Assembly (NCBI GenBank): GCA_038087875.1
Contig: CM075991.1
Location: 5,084,001 to 5,148,000, forward strand
Direction of reading: 5' to 3'
DNA from: Malacoraja senta
Lineage: Eukaryota
DNA length: 64,000 bases
Of the stretch, positions 50,820 to 64,000 are shown piece by piece; within the stretch, counting starts at the first letter, position 1; each line of letters starts with the position of its first letter. The notes below the pieces were generated by a model. It had not been told where the DNA came from and did no database searches. It was given only the letters and a program-made list of their open reading frames with translations. The position numbers and the translations under genes were made by a program.

Positions 50820-51027
50820 AAGGTAGACACAAAATGCTGGAGAAACTCAGCGGGTGAGGCAGCATCTATGGAGAGAAGGAATTTGCAACATTTCGGGTCG
50901 AGACCCTTCTTCAGACCCGAAACGTTGCCAATTCCTTCTCTCCATAGATGCTGCCTCACCCGTTGAGTTTCTCCAACATTTTGTGTCTACCTTCGATTTT
51001 ACCAGCATCTGCAGTTCCTTCTAAAAC
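50820..51027. mobile_element. PLE-derived inverted dimer inserted in an (ATT)n microsatellite
   Basis: Palindrome centred near 50905 with (ATT)n on both sides. Confidence 0.8.
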
Positions 51028-51035
51028 ATTATTAA

Positions 51036-51074
<39 letters not shown>

Positions 51075-52313
51075 AATTATTATTATTAAATCAAAGTTTG
51101 CAGCCCAGACAGGGGACTTGCTTTCAGAATTCCAGATCCTTCTGGACCTCACCTCCAGCCTCATTGCTTCTTCCCTGCAGCCATCAGGCTATTAAACACT
51201 ACAACCTCCAAATAGGCTCTGAACTACATAGACTTGGGGACCCAAAACGTCACCTATCCATGTTCTACAGAGAGGCTGCCTGACCTGCTGAGTTACTCCA
51301 GCACATTGTGCCTTATTTTGTCAACCAGCATCTGCAGTTCTTTGTTTCTCCGCGGTATTCAGGGCAGTCTGACTCAACTGCAAGATAACATTTGAAATTG
51401 TTATCCTTTATATGTACAAATTGGTTTAACACAAAACACATGCCTGCATTGACAGAATTGTTTCTTTGCTTAAACAATTTCATTTTCGTGCCAGGTTCTA
51501 GCCTTCCTCTTTTAATTGTCCTCATCATCTGGCTGAGGAATAGAGACATACAAATGCATTCCACATTCGCACGACCACATGCAAACACTCACATGTGCAC
51601 GCAATGGGCACACGTGTATACACATGTGCACACTAACAAATGCATATGCATGCACATTCACACTATTTCATCTGTTGACACGGGCACATGCATAAACAGC
51701 ACACTATTGTACTCACACATACACACAATGCATGGCGCCAAGAATTCCCTCAAGTCAGAAGTTTTGGCCTCATGTCCAGCTATGCCAAAATTGTCAGCTG
51801 GTCGGAATAAGACCCGATTTTCACTTGGGGACATGTCAGTGTAAACTATCAAAGCATACATGGGGCCAAACAAATAACTGCAATAACACAAAGACTTGAA
51901 CTTGTTCGCACACAGCACGTGGCTGCAATCAGCAAATTGACCCCGCTGCAGATAGTATCTTTATTGCAGTGAAACTGCCTGAGACACAGCTACTGACAGC
52001 CATAACAAAAGGAGATGTACAAATGTTTTGGTAGGTTTAAGAGGAGGTGGACGTCAAGGCACTGAGAGGTTCTGGAAGGGAATTCCAGAGCTTACAGCCC
52101 AGGCAAGAGTTTTGTTTTTTACAGAGCAGCACGGTAGCGCAGGAGTAGAGTCACTGCCTTACAGTGCCAGAAACCCAGATTGGATCCTGGCTGCGGGTGC
52201 TGTCTGTATGGAGTTGCCCAGATGAGTGTAAATGGGAGGGGAGCAATGGGGATAGGGAGTATCTGTAGTTGGAACATTCATGATATTTGTTTGTGAGCTA
52301 TCCAAGCAGAATT

Positions 52314-52560
52314 TGAGATGTTGGAACAAGGAACTGCAGATGTTGGTTTACAAAAAATAAAAAGTCACAAAGGGCTGGGGTAACTCAGCAGGCCCGACCT
52401 GAAATGTCACCTATCCATGTTTTCCTGGAATATGAGATATTGAAACAAGGAGCTGCAGATGGTGGGTTACAAAAGTAAAAAGTCGCAGAATGCTGGAGTA
52501 ACGCAGCGGGCCCGACCGAAAATGTCACATATCCATGTTCTCCAGGAATATGAGATGTTG
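52314..52560 (+). repeat. ~119-bp tandem duplication of a collapsed PLE unit plus flank
   Basis: TGAGATRTTG recurs at 52314, 52433 and 52551. Confidence 0.8.
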
Positions 52561-54149
52561 TTCTTCCAAGTTGTGATGGGCCGTTATGTAACTGTGGGGC
52601 CCTGTAATTCGTCATCAAAAACTGTGACCCCAAAACCCCACCTGATTATCGTGAAAGACCTTTTGCTTGATTAATTGAACTTCTGGGAAAGAATTCTGAT
52701 CACAAACCCAGCAATGTGATTGACTCATTGCTGCCTTGGAATTTTCCGTCGGGCGGCCCAGAATAGGCAAAAAAATACTGGTCGTGTCAGCAGCCACATC
52801 CCCTGAACAAATTGCTAAATGCCAGTCGGAGTTTGCAGTTTACAGTTTAGTTTACTGTCATGTGGACCGAGTTACAAGATTCAAGATTCAAGAGAGTTTA
52901 TTGTCATGTGCCCCAGATAGGACAATTAAATTCTTGCTTTACCTACAGTGAAAAGCTTTTGTTGCGTGCTATCCAGTTAGCGACAATCGAGCCATTTACA
53001 GTGTTTAAGAAGATCATAGTGCAATGAGGAACAGAGATTTAAGAGGGTGGAGCGATTGCAATGCGACTGTAGATCTGCTTCTGAGGCTAGCACGCAAATA
53101 GTTGCCTGGTTTGGGCACCAAGTTGGAAGGTTGTACAAGCCCTCGGCAAAGTTGCCCAGTCTCTACCTTTGCCATGCAGGGACATCACAAGATGCGACAC
53201 CTTGAATCACATGAATCTGCTGTCAGTGTTGCACTATGCATGACATGGTGCTGGGAAACCAGACATTGGCAGAAAAAGCTGAGACCTCAGGAGCTATCTG
53301 CAGCTGTTTCCTTTCCGGTTGAGCCACGACAGGCCAGAAAAATTGGACAACCTTGAATAAATGGTTTGAAATTACCAACAGATACAGATTCATGCAGGCT
53401 TCCCTGCTGAAGTGATCACGCATTGTCGACATTCACGCTAACATTGCATCGGCTGGAATCCAACCTCCAGGCAGTTCGTGGATTGATGGAATGCAGAATA
53501 CGCATGGAGCAATGAGAGATGATTTCTGGGGGAAACGGCAATCAAGGCAAAGGGCCCTTGAAATCAAAACAGGCTTCAGAGTGTGCAGGCCAAGGATGTG
53601 GACCTTCAGAGCGAGCAGGCCAAATACTGAATGCATTCTGCGCAGTATTTAGAAAAAAAATCAATTTACAGGATGTGGTTGTGTCTGACAAGGCCAATGC
53701 TTGTTCCACAGCCCTCCTTCTCTTGAGAAAATGATAGCCTGCCGCCTTCCTGAAATGCAGTCGCAATTCGGCTCTGAATGTACCTCTATATTTCTACTGG
53801 ACTATGAGGTTTTATCACTGTCCCTTTGACAACAAAGCAACAGTGATACATTGCCAAACCAAGATGGGAGTAACCCACAGGGGATCTTGTAGATGGTGAA
53901 CCTCCCATCGATGATAGAGTCTGGGGGCTTTGGGAGGTGCGGTCGGAGCAGTCTAGGCGAGTAACTGCAGTGCGCTTTGTAGGTGGCACACACTGTGTTT
54001 GTTTATTTATTTGTTTAACGTTGGAGACATCATTTGCAATTTTTATTGCACTTCCAAAAATGCTCCTGGGCCATTTCAGGGGCAGCTAAGAGTTATAGTG
54101 CGCCACAGGATGGAGCAAGAGAATAAGTAGGGAAGTAGAAGGGGTAGTT

Positions 54150-54445
54150 GGGTGGAACAGTGGCGCTGCAGTAGAGTTCTTGCCTTACAGTGCCAGAGAC
54201 CCGAATTCCATCCTCTGTACGCAGTTTGTACATTATACCTGTGACTGCGTGGATTTTCCCCGTGTGCTCCGGTTTCCTCCCACATTCCAAAGACGTGCAG
54301 ATTTGTAGGTTAATTGGCTTCTTTAAATTATAAATTGTCCATAGTGTGTAGGATAGTGCTAATGTGATTACTGGTCGTCGTGGACTCGGTGGGACAAATC
54401 ACTTTTTTCCATGCAGTATCTCTATAGTAAAATCTAAAGTTAAGT
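54150..54445 (+). mobile_element. V-SINE (HE1-like)
   Basis: V domain and tail present. Confidence 0.82.
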
Positions 54446-55080
54446 TATTACTTGGATCACGGTTTTAATCCTTCTGATAATTCACTGACATTTGCAATCA
54501 TTGCCTCCTTAGCCATGGGACACTGTCTCTTTAAGACATTGTTGAATGAAGTTTGGGTTTCCTGGCCCACTGATGCCAATCAGTATCTGTCCTGATAAGA
54601 GCGGTGAGAAATATTTGAGGCATTCCAGCTCTGGCAGTGAGGCTCCCGCAAATCTTCTCAACGTGGAGAGGCGGAAAACAAATCCCATTGCTGATCCTCA
54701 TAGCTCCAAAGTTCCCTTGGATACCAATCCCCCGCCTTCTGCCAGTTAATAAGGCTTTCCGCCCTGCTCCTGAAATTCCCTCTGAATAGCAGCAAAGGTC
54801 CAATCTCATTTCGCAAGGCTAATGAATGAGCAATACACTGTATTTTTGGCCATTGTTAATGTGGCTAGTTTGCCTGCCTGATACATTGCTTTATGGTCGA
54901 CTGATGTCTCACGTGAATGTTTGCTACTGAAAGGATATTACTGTAAAGCTTCTCCAGGTTTCTCACAAAGATTGTATATGGCTGGAAGGAGACAGAGTGT
55001 GAGAGGGGCAGGGAGCAAGTGAGGAGAGAATGAAGACAACTTTCGAGATCTGAGTTATGGAAAGGTTAAGAGAAGGATGG

Positions 55081-55260
<180 letters not shown>

Positions 55261-57258
55261 AAGAGAGTAAGAATCTGGGAGAAGGTTTGACAGGACGAGG
55301 AAAATAATTTGCATTTTGGATTATTTAACTCACTAAGAGTTCTTAGGTCATCTGACCTGATAGTAGCCTGGCACTACTTTAAAGAAGGCCACAGCTTGAG
55401 CAGTGAGAGCAGTTTGGAGAAACAGTTTAGTTTAAGGATGATTTTATCATGGGAGGAATAGATAGGGTACTGTAAATGCACAGTCTTTTACCCAGAGAAG
55501 GAGAATTAAGAACCTGAGGACATAGGTTTAAGGTGAGGGGGGAAAGATTTAATAGGAACCTGAAGGGCAACTTTCTTACACATAGGGTGGTAAGTGTATG
55601 GAATGAGCTGTCAGAGGAGGTAGTTGAGGCAGATGCTATCACAAGGTTTAAGGAGGTGCAGAAACCTGAAGTCCCACACCACCAGGTTCAGGAACAACTA
55701 CTGTCCTTCAGCTGCCAGGTTCTTGAACTGACCCTAATCCCACCTTGGCAATAGAACTCTGTAGACCACCTTTTGCACTACCATACACTTGTTTATTTTC
55801 TAATTGCTATTTACACTGATGTTTTTTACATTGTCTTTTTCATTGACTTGCAGAATTTATGTGTAAATTTTGTATTTTCCTGTGTGTTGCTTTGAGTCTA
55901 TGTGTCTGTGCTGCTGCTGCTGCGGGTAAGACTTTCATTGTACTTGTACCTCACCATACCTGTATGAAATATCACAATAAACTCAACCTGAGTCTGAAGA
56001 AGGGTCCTGACCCGAAACGTTGTCTGTGCATACTGTATCTTCCAGAGATGCTGCCTGATCCGCTGAGTTACTCCAGCACTTTGTAGGTTTTGTTTGCAAA
56101 CCAGCATCCGCAGTTCCTTGTGTTGACCTGAGTTGAAGTAACTTGACTTGACTTGAATATTGTACATGACTTTCAGGGGAGGCTTGACATGTCTATGACA
56201 GAGAAGAGAACAAAAGGTTATGGTGACGGATTTAGATGGGAAAGGACAAGACGAGGTGTGAGGTGATTAGAGCATAAACATAGGCCAGTGCAGTCCATGA
56301 TATTGATGAGAGAACAAGTCTATCCTCTACAGCTGACGGTGTGCTTTCTTTAATCACCGTAGACTGGATGAGATTGGGTTCATCAACCTGTGGTGCTGGG
56401 TGACGCTCGAATAGCTTGGTTACCTCGCCAGTCATTTGCCTCCATTACTGCAGTGTGGAGGTCGGCGAACGGGCACCGATGTTGCCACTCACAGAGTCAT
56501 TTGAATTCTGTTGGATCATAGCTGATAGTAACCTGGGCAACACAGCATCTGAGCTCACATGCCCCATCTGTGAATCGTGCTTGTGCTCTCACATCCTCTC
56601 TGATCAAGAGATCTTGTCAAACCACAGACGCCTGTGAGCTTGCAGTTTACGCTAGTCCTACATCCTGGGACGGCACGGTGGTGCAGCGGTAGAGTTGCTA
56701 CCTCACCCCAACTCAAATATCCTGTTTATAAGACCTTGCGATCTAAAAAAGGCTCTTGCGTTCCCTAAACTTCAAAGGTACATCGCTGACCTTATAGATG
56801 GGAGTCATGAAAAAGCTGTATCATTTTTGTTGTATCTGTCTATATTTAATACCATTTGGGGCGGCACACTGGGAGAGCTGCCTTAAAGCGCAGAGAACCC
56901 GGGTTCGATGCTGACTACAGGTGCTGTATGTACGGAGCTTGTACGTTGTCCCTGTGACCACGTGGGTTTTATTCGGGTGCTCCGGTTTCTTCCCACATTC
57001 CTACGACAGTGTAGCTTTCCCTTAGTACAGTAGAATATGATCTCAATCTCTACATGGAGGTTCAAACCCACAACCTTCTGTCTCCAACACAAGAGCACCC
57101 CAACCTGAGTTACAATTGACAGCCAAATCAACGCAGCATGAAAATCTGCCTGCAAATAGTTCATATCTTTCATACCCTGCCTGTTCATGTGCTTGTCTAA
57201 ATGAATCTTAAACATTACCATTGTATCTGCTTCCACCATCTCTCCAGCAACCCATTCC

Positions 57259-57898
57259 ATGTTAGCATTCATAGCAAAAGGATTTGAGTATAGGAGCAGG
57301 GAGGTTCTACTGCAGTTGTACAGGGACCACACCTGGAGTATTGCGTAAAGTTTTGGTCTCCTAATCTGAGGAAAGACATTCTTGCCATAGTGGGAGTACA
57401 GAGAAGGTTCACCAGACTGATTCCTGGGATGTCAGGACTTTCATATGAAGAAAGACTAGATAGACTCGGCTTGTACTCGCTAGAATTTAGAAGATTGAGG
57501 GGGGATCTTATAGAAACTTACAAAATTCTTAAGGGGTTGGACAGGCTAGATGCAGGAAGATTGTTCCCGATGTTCGGGAAGTCCAGAACAAGGGGTCACA
57601 GTTTAAGGATAAAGGGGAAATCTTTTAGGACTGAGATGCGAAAAACATTTTTCACACAGAGAGTGGTGAATCTGTGGAATTATCTGCCACAGAAGGTAGT
57701 TGAGGCCAGTTCATTGGCTATATTTAAGAGGGAGTTAGATGTGGCCCTTGTGGCTAAGGGGTTCAGGGGGTATGGAGAGAAGGCAGGTACAGGATACTGA
57801 GTTGGATGATCACCCATGATCATATTGAATGGCTCGAAGGGCCGAATGGCCTACTCCTGCACCTATTTTCTATGTTTCTATGTTTCTATGTTTCTATG
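57259..57898 (+). mobile_element. Young CR1 3' fragment nested in an older minus-strand CR1 remnant
   Basis: ORF 57390-57800 is nearly identical to the C-terminus of 4208-5536; (TTTCTATG)n tail. Confidence 0.93.
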
Positions 57899-57979
57899 CC
57901 CCTACTACTCTCCGTGTCAAAACCTATGTGTGAAAAACCTACCCCTCAGATCCCCTTTAAATACTACTTTACTTTAAGT

Positions 57980-58280
57980 AGACTTTAGACTTTAGAAATA
58001 CAGCATGGAAACGGGCCTTTGGCACACAAAGTCTGCGTTAACCAGCGATCACCCCATACACTAACACAATCCTACACACTAAGCACAATTTACAATTTTA
58101 ACAAAGCTGGTTAACATACAAACTTGTCTGTCTTTGGAGTGTGGCAGGAAACCGGAGCACCTGGAGAAAACCCACTCAGTCATGGGGAGGATGTACAAAC
58201 TGCATACAGACATCACCCATAATCACGATCGAACCCGGGTCTCTGGCGCTTTAAGGCAGCTCTCCCAGTGTGCTGCCCCA
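57980..58280 (-). mobile_element. V-SINE (HE1-like)
   Basis: (GACTTTA)n tail, V domain, shortened head. Confidence 0.85.
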
Positions 58281-59204
58281 AATGGTATTAAATGCAGACA
58301 GATACAACAAAAATGATACAGCTTTTTCATGACTCCCATCTATAAGGTCAGCGATGTACCTTTGATGTTTAGGGAACGCAAGAGCCTTTTTTAGATCGCA
58401 AGGTTGTATAAACAGGATATTTGAGTTGAATGGTCAGTGTTTATATTTTGGGAGAGGAGCTAAATGTACAAACTCCATACAGACAGCATTTGTACTCAGG
58501 ATCGAACACGGGTCTCTGGTGCTGTAAGTCAGAAACTCCACCGCTGCATCACTCTTCCTTGTCGGTATCTCTAAAGTAAACTACAGCCTTTGATGTGTAA
58601 GAAGGAACTGCAGATGCTGGTTTACAGTGAAGATAAACACCCATTCCAGGACCTACAAGTTGTAATCCTCTGTGTAAACTGCTCCGCCATCCAACAGTGG
58701 TGTTAAATGTCAGGCAGTGGGAGTGGCCATCTTTAAGAAGAGCATTAGCCTTGTCAGTGTGCCTTGAGAGTGGGTGATTTGGCTCAGAGGCCAATGAAAC
58801 TGGGCATCAGCAATTTTCTCATCAAATTCTACAAATTTAGTATCAAGATTAAAATGAAATCCTGATTCCTAATGTTGTATTTCTTTTTCTCCTGAGCTGG
58901 GAACAGCTGAAAATAATTTTACAGGAGGAAGCATCTATATTTAGGTTTTTATAAGTTGGGCGGGTTGCCTTACGAACGGTGAGAGGATTGAGCAGACGGG
59001 GATACTCAGAAACAGTCTTTGCGGGGCAGTGTTTCAGAGAATTCACTCTCAATGTACTGGATACTTGGCCTTGGGACAATTCCTTGTTGATAGTCATGGT
59101 AATATATTGGGTGGCAATGGTCCAACGTTGGCGAACTGTGGTTCATGAGATGGAGGGTGCTCTGAGTAAGGGGAGTGTCAGCGTACATGGGTGTGGAGAG
59201 TCTT

Positions 59205-59690
59205 GTTATAGAGTCATAGAGTCCTGCAGCTTAGACACAGGCCCTTTGGCCCAACTTGCACATGCCGACCGAGATGCCCATCTACACTAGTCCCACCTGC
59301 CTGCATTTGGCCCCTAACCCTCTAAACTGTTCTAACAATGAGCCTGTCCAAATGTCCCATAAATGCTGTTATAGTATATGCTTCAACTACCTCCTCTGAC
59401 AGCACAGTCCATGTCCCAACCACCTTGTGTGAAAAGGTTGCCCCTCAGATCCCTATTAAATCTTTCCCCTCTCGCCTTAAACCCTGGTTCTTGATTGCCC
59501 AACTCTGGGTAAAAGACAGTGCAAATCCCTTATCTATTCTCCTCATGATCTTATACACCTCTATAAAATCACCCCACATCCTCAAGTGTTCCAAGAAATA
59601 AAGTCCTAGCCTGCCCAACCTCTCCCTATAGATCAAGCCATCAAGTCCTGGCAACATCCTCATATATCTTTTCTGCATCCTTTCCAGCAT
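59205..59690 (-). mobile_element. Old CR1 3' fragment
   Basis: LERMQKRYMRMLPGL..YRERLGRLGLY. Confidence 0.85.
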
Positions 59691-59909
59691 TCAAGTTTTT
59701 GAATCTCTTTTCTCTGTGCTGGTATAAAATTGTGATCAGAGCCCTAGGATCTGTATGTATCAGTATCACAGGATCGATTCGGGTCTATTAGCTGCAACTA
59801 TAATTGCAGCCTGAAGAAGGGTCTCGACCTGAAACGTCGCCCATTCCTCCTCTCCAGAGATGCTGCCTCACCTACTGAGTTACTCCAGCTTTTTGTGTCC
59901 ACTATAATC

Positions 59910-60295
59910 TCCAAGGTATGAGGACAAGGTTTCAAGTCCCACCCCAGAGACTAGACACGTGCATTGTTGTGTCTGCTTTATAGTTGTGACATTAAACCAT
60001 GGTTTCCATTTGTCCCATTGGAAGTCTGTACGATGTAGCAAGGCACTATTTCAATGAAGATCGGAGGGATGTTTCCTAAAGATTTCAGGGTCAATATTTA
60101 CTCTTCCACTGAGACCTTTGACAAAGATGTATTGGTTGCTTTCATGTTTCTGTTTGTGGGTTATTGCCATGCATACATAGGCTGGCCCACTTCCCACGTT
60201 ACGACCATAACTGCAGGCTAAAAGTGCTTCATTGTCTGTTTGTAATTGTCAAACATCCTGAAACTATATCACAAAAGATGCTTTTGTAAATACAC
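59910..60295 (+). mobile_element. Deu-domain SINE (SacSINE1-like)
   Basis: GGTTTCAAGTCCCACCCCAGAGACT head, GGCACTATTTC..GAAGA, CAATATTTA.TC, CTGTTTGTGGG, AAAAGTGCTTCATTG.CTGT. Confidence 0.6.
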
Positions 60296-60469
60296 AATTC
60301 CCTTTCTCACAAGCAGGTCCAAATAGCAGCTTGCGTTTACCCAATGCCTTTCACATCATAAGATATCCCAAAACATTTCCCAGGAAGATTTCCAAATCAA
60401 ATTTGACACCGAGCCAGACAAAGAGCTTGGTTTAAGAGTTAGGTTTTGAGTCTTAAAAGAGAAAAGGAG

Positions 60470-60875
60470 GCCCTGTACTCGCTAAAGTTTAAAAGGATGA
60501 GGGAGGACCTTGTTGAAACTCACAGAATAGTGAAAGGTCTGGATAGAGTAGACGTGGAGAGGATGTTTCTGCCAGTGGGGAGACTAGAACCAGAGGGCAC
60601 AGCCTCAAGATAAAAGGACACACCTTTAGAAAGGAAATTTCTAAAGTTGGTGAATCTGTGGAATTCATTGTCACAGATGGCAGTAGTGGCCAAGTTTTGG
60701 GGTATTTTTAAAGTGGAGATTGACAGGTTCTTGATTAGTAAGGGTGTCAAAGGTTTCAAGGCAAAGGCAGAAGAATGGGGTTGAGAGGGAAAGATAGATC
60801 AGCCATTATTGGATGGTGTAGTAAGCTCGATGGGCCAAATGGCCTACCTCTGCTTTGATCACATGAACTTATGAG
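60470..60875 (+). mobile_element. Old CR1 3' fragment
   Basis: GGTGAATCTGTGGAATTCATTG and the CR1 3' tail. Confidence 0.82.
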
Positions 60876-61184
60876 GTGAAAGATCCAGATTGAGGGATTC
60901 CAAAGCCAAGGGCATGCCAATGAAGACACGGCTGCCAGTGAAGGAACATTGAAAGTTATTCATCAGTCTGAAGAAGGATCATGACCCAAAATATTGTCTG
61001 TCCATTCCCTCCACATATGCTGCCTGACCAGATAAGTTCCTAAAACACTTTGTGTTTTACACAAGGTTTCAGCATCTGCAGTTCCTTGTGTCTCCAATGA
61101 AAGTCAGGAGATGGAAATAAGATCAAAGGCTGCAGGAATTTAAATAGATGATTACACAGAGAAAGTTACAGAGGCCAGACATGG

Positions 61185-61468
61185 GAGTTTAGTTTAGATT
61201 TCAGATACAGCATGGAAACAGGTCTCTCGGCCCACCTAGTCCACCATCAATCAGCCGTTCATGCTAGTTCTATGTTATCCCACTTTCTCATCCCCACCTT
61301 GCACACAAGCCACAATTTACAGACTAATTAACCCACAAACCCGCAGGTCTTTGGGATGTGGGAGGAAACCAGAGCACCCAGAGGATACACACGTGGTCAC
61401 AGGGGGAACGTGCAAACTCCACACAGACAGCACCCGGGGTCAGGATCGAACCCGGGTCTCTGGCGCTA
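61185..61468 (-). mobile_element. V-SINE (HE1-like)
   Basis: V domain and B-box on the minus strand. Confidence 0.82.
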
Positions 61469-63305
61469 CCTACCTGCTGTACCTCGTGTCGCAGTTAGAC
61501 TTGAGGAGGTTCCAGAAATCGGGGAGGGGTTTGATTTTGAGTATCAGGAAATTAAACATTCCTCCAACTCTTGCAACCACACAGATGACACTTGCATCTG
61601 AAAAAGTAGACTCTTGATACTGCTTTTGGCATTGCCAGAAGTGACAAATAAATCAACATATGTTTTAAATTACAAACTTTAATTGCCAACGAGAACATGG
61701 GAATGTCGTCTGCCAGTGCTGGCTTTTGAATTATTGTAAAATAATTCCCAGTTCAAAACACTGAGAAACATCAGCGTCAGTAGGTACAACAAAGGGAGAT
61801 TGAGAGGGGCAGGGATTCGAACCGACGATCACAGAAAGGTTTTTGTTGTACACCTTCATTCCAGCGGCTTGGAAACACAACTCCAAAGGCAGAAAACTGA
61901 CAAAACTGGAGACCAGAATCTAAATAGAAAACGCTGGAAACACTCAGCTGGTCAGGCAGCATCTGTGGGAAGAGTTAACGTTTCAGGATGATGCCCCTCC
62001 ATCAGAACAGGGGAACGATATAAACAAAACAAGAAAGGTCCCAATCCAAAACGTCAATTAAAAATTTAAACCTTTGACTACTCATGGTACAGCAAACCGT
62101 TCTTTGAGGCACAGGGGAATGACTGAAAATAAAGATGATTTGGAATATATCCAAACCTGAAAGGTAGGACAGAGCAAACTGAAGACTGAGGAAGTGGATG
62201 GAGGACTGAACAATAACAAAGAAATTTGAACGTTGTAGATTAGGAGAAAATGGGTTCATATGGCAACGTGAGATTGGAGCTGAGAGAGGGTTAAATCATT
62301 ACGTAGATTGCCATTTATAAATCCAATGGAATTCAGGAAAAGCCTCCTTAATTACAAGAATGTCGAACACAGATCCATAGGGAGGTACCAGGAACTGCAG
62401 ATGCTGGAATACTGAGTAAAACACAAAATGCTGGAGTAACTCAGCGGGTCTGGTAGCACCTGTGGAGGGAATGGACAGGTGACACTCTTCAGTCGGTAGA
62501 AGTGTCCTGACCTGAAATGTCCCCTGTCCATTCCCTCCAGAGATGCTGTTAAACCCACACAGAGTAGTTGAGGCAAATAGCATGGAGAAGATGGATAAAC
62601 ATGAGGGGAAAGGAAAAGGGGGAGTGTGGTGATGAAAAAGATGAAGGTGGGTGGGTGGGAGGAAGCACATGTGGATCAGAAGCAAGAACATGTTCAGAAG
62701 GGCCAAATGGCCTGTTCCTGGGCTGCACATACTTTACAGCACGCAGGGTGGCCAATTGCCAAACTCCATCCAAATATGCGTCAAGTTCTGAATATGCGTC
62801 AAGTTCTGAAGCCTTTACAAGCTTATGAAAACAGATTAGCATTGGACAGTATTGCCTATTCCTTGAATGCCGGTTCTTGAAGGGACTAGGCAAACTGAAA
62901 TTAAACCCCTTGGAACAGAGAGAGTGGAGATTTAATGGAGGGATTGAAAACATTGGGAGGTTTTGATAAACAAAGAGAAATTATTTCCATTGGCGCTGAC
63001 TAGAAGACACATATTTAAAGCATTTTGTCATTCAACAATTTGTGATATAAACTCGCAGCAGCTGAGAGTAGTGGAAGTTGATTCAGTAATAGATTCAAAA
63101 GGGAACTGATAAATGCTAAAAAGGGAAACATTTTCAGCAATGAGGATTAAGATCAAATATATTCCCACTTGGCCTTTTCTAAAGCACTCATAATTCTTAA
63201 TAACAGAGTCCATATTGGAAGATTGCCTTCCTAACAATCCTATGCCCCACAACAGACTGTCTCACATGTTCATTAACTCCCCTTAGATTCTCCTATCACC
63301 CATAA

Positions 63306-63600
63306 GGCGGCACAGTGGCGCAGCGGTATAGTTGCTGACTAACAGTGCCGGAGATCCAGGTTCGATCCTGAGTATCGGTGCTGCCTGTACTGAGTTTGTA
63401 CGTTCTCCCTTTGACTGTGTGGGTTTTGCCCGGGCGCTCCAGGTTTCTCCCACACTCCAAAGACGGAGAGGTTTGTAGGTTAACTGGTATCAGTAAATTG
63501 TGAATTGTGTGTAAGATAGTGTTAGTGTGCAGGGTGACCGTTGGTCAGCACAGACTCCATGGGCCGAAGGGCCTGTTTCCGTCTTGTATCTCAAAAGTTT
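63306..63600 (+). mobile_element. V-SINE (HE1-like), near full length
   Basis: GGCGGCACAGTGGCGCAGCGG head, GGTTCGATCC B-box, V domain, GGGCCGAAGGGCCTGTTTCC tail. Confidence 0.9.
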
Positions 63601-64000
63601 AAAATCTACTTGAGAGGTCATTAGCAGCAACCAATTACGTTACCAACCAGCATGTCTTTGGAGTGTGTGAAAAAACTGGGTACCCAGGGGAAACTCACGC
63701 AGTGCATAGGAAGGAACTGCAGGTGCTGGTTTCAACCAAAGTCAACCAGGGTGGCACATGGAACTGCATGTGCTGGAATCTTGCGCAGAACACAAAATGC
63801 TGGTATAATTCAACAGGTCAGGTAGCTTCTCTGGAGGACATGGATAGGCAATGTTTCGAGTTAGTCTGAAGAAGGGTCATGACCCAAAACTTTGCCCATA
63901 TATGCCCTCTAGAGATGCTGCCTGACCGGTTGAGGTACTCCAGCATTTTATGTTCAGCGAACTCAGGGTGACTTCCACACGTCATGATCTAAAGATTAGG

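Larger units (their letters stand above)
56709..58428. repeat. 200-bp inverted duplication, arms 56709-56909 and 58228-58428
   Basis: About 8 differences counted by eye; includes ~140 bp not seen elsewhere in the window plus a SINE head sharing a private deletion. Confidence 0.92.

Noticed and set aside
51570..51730. Alternating purine-pyrimidine tract (also 14640-14710, 20505-20600)
   Set aside because: Decayed (CA)n microsatellites; their His/Thr or Cys/Val ORFs are artefacts.
62773..62810. Perfect 18-bp tandem duplication
   Set aside because: Two units without spacers; ordinary slippage, not CRISPR-like.
63306..63375. tRNA-like A/B boxes
   Set aside because: These are V-SINE heads, not cloverleaf tRNA genes.

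Overview
Non-coding, repeat-saturated vertebrate DNA. The repeat repertoire (HE1-like V-SINEs, SacSINE1-like Deu-SINEs, abundant CR1, Penelope-derived units) points to a cartilaginous fish, probably a skate or ray (inference). No host gene could be supported; every long ORF is transposon-derived. Contents: (1) the 3' part of a DIRS1-type tyrosine-recombinase retrotransposon (RNase H end, methyltransferase-like domain, YR, ICR and right terminus, 1-5688) split by two divergently oriented CR1 insertions; (2) four large young CR1 copies, one with an almost complete EN+RT ORF2, plus many 3' fragments; (3) dozens of short Penelope-derived units carrying a minimal hammerhead ribozyme motif, often as inverted dimers with 8-16 bp TSDs; (4) V-SINEs, Deu-SINEs, Rex1/Babar and L2 fragments, a Harbinger-like MITE, a Helentron-like element and a 200-N gap. 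The most notable observation is a 146-nt TSD-flanked retroposon at 18307-18452 whose 5' end folds into a complete minimal HDV/CPEB3-type self-cleaving ribozyme. Two local inverted duplications that look like template-switch products are also present. Family names come from recalled motifs, not database searches, and boundaries of old fragments are approximate.
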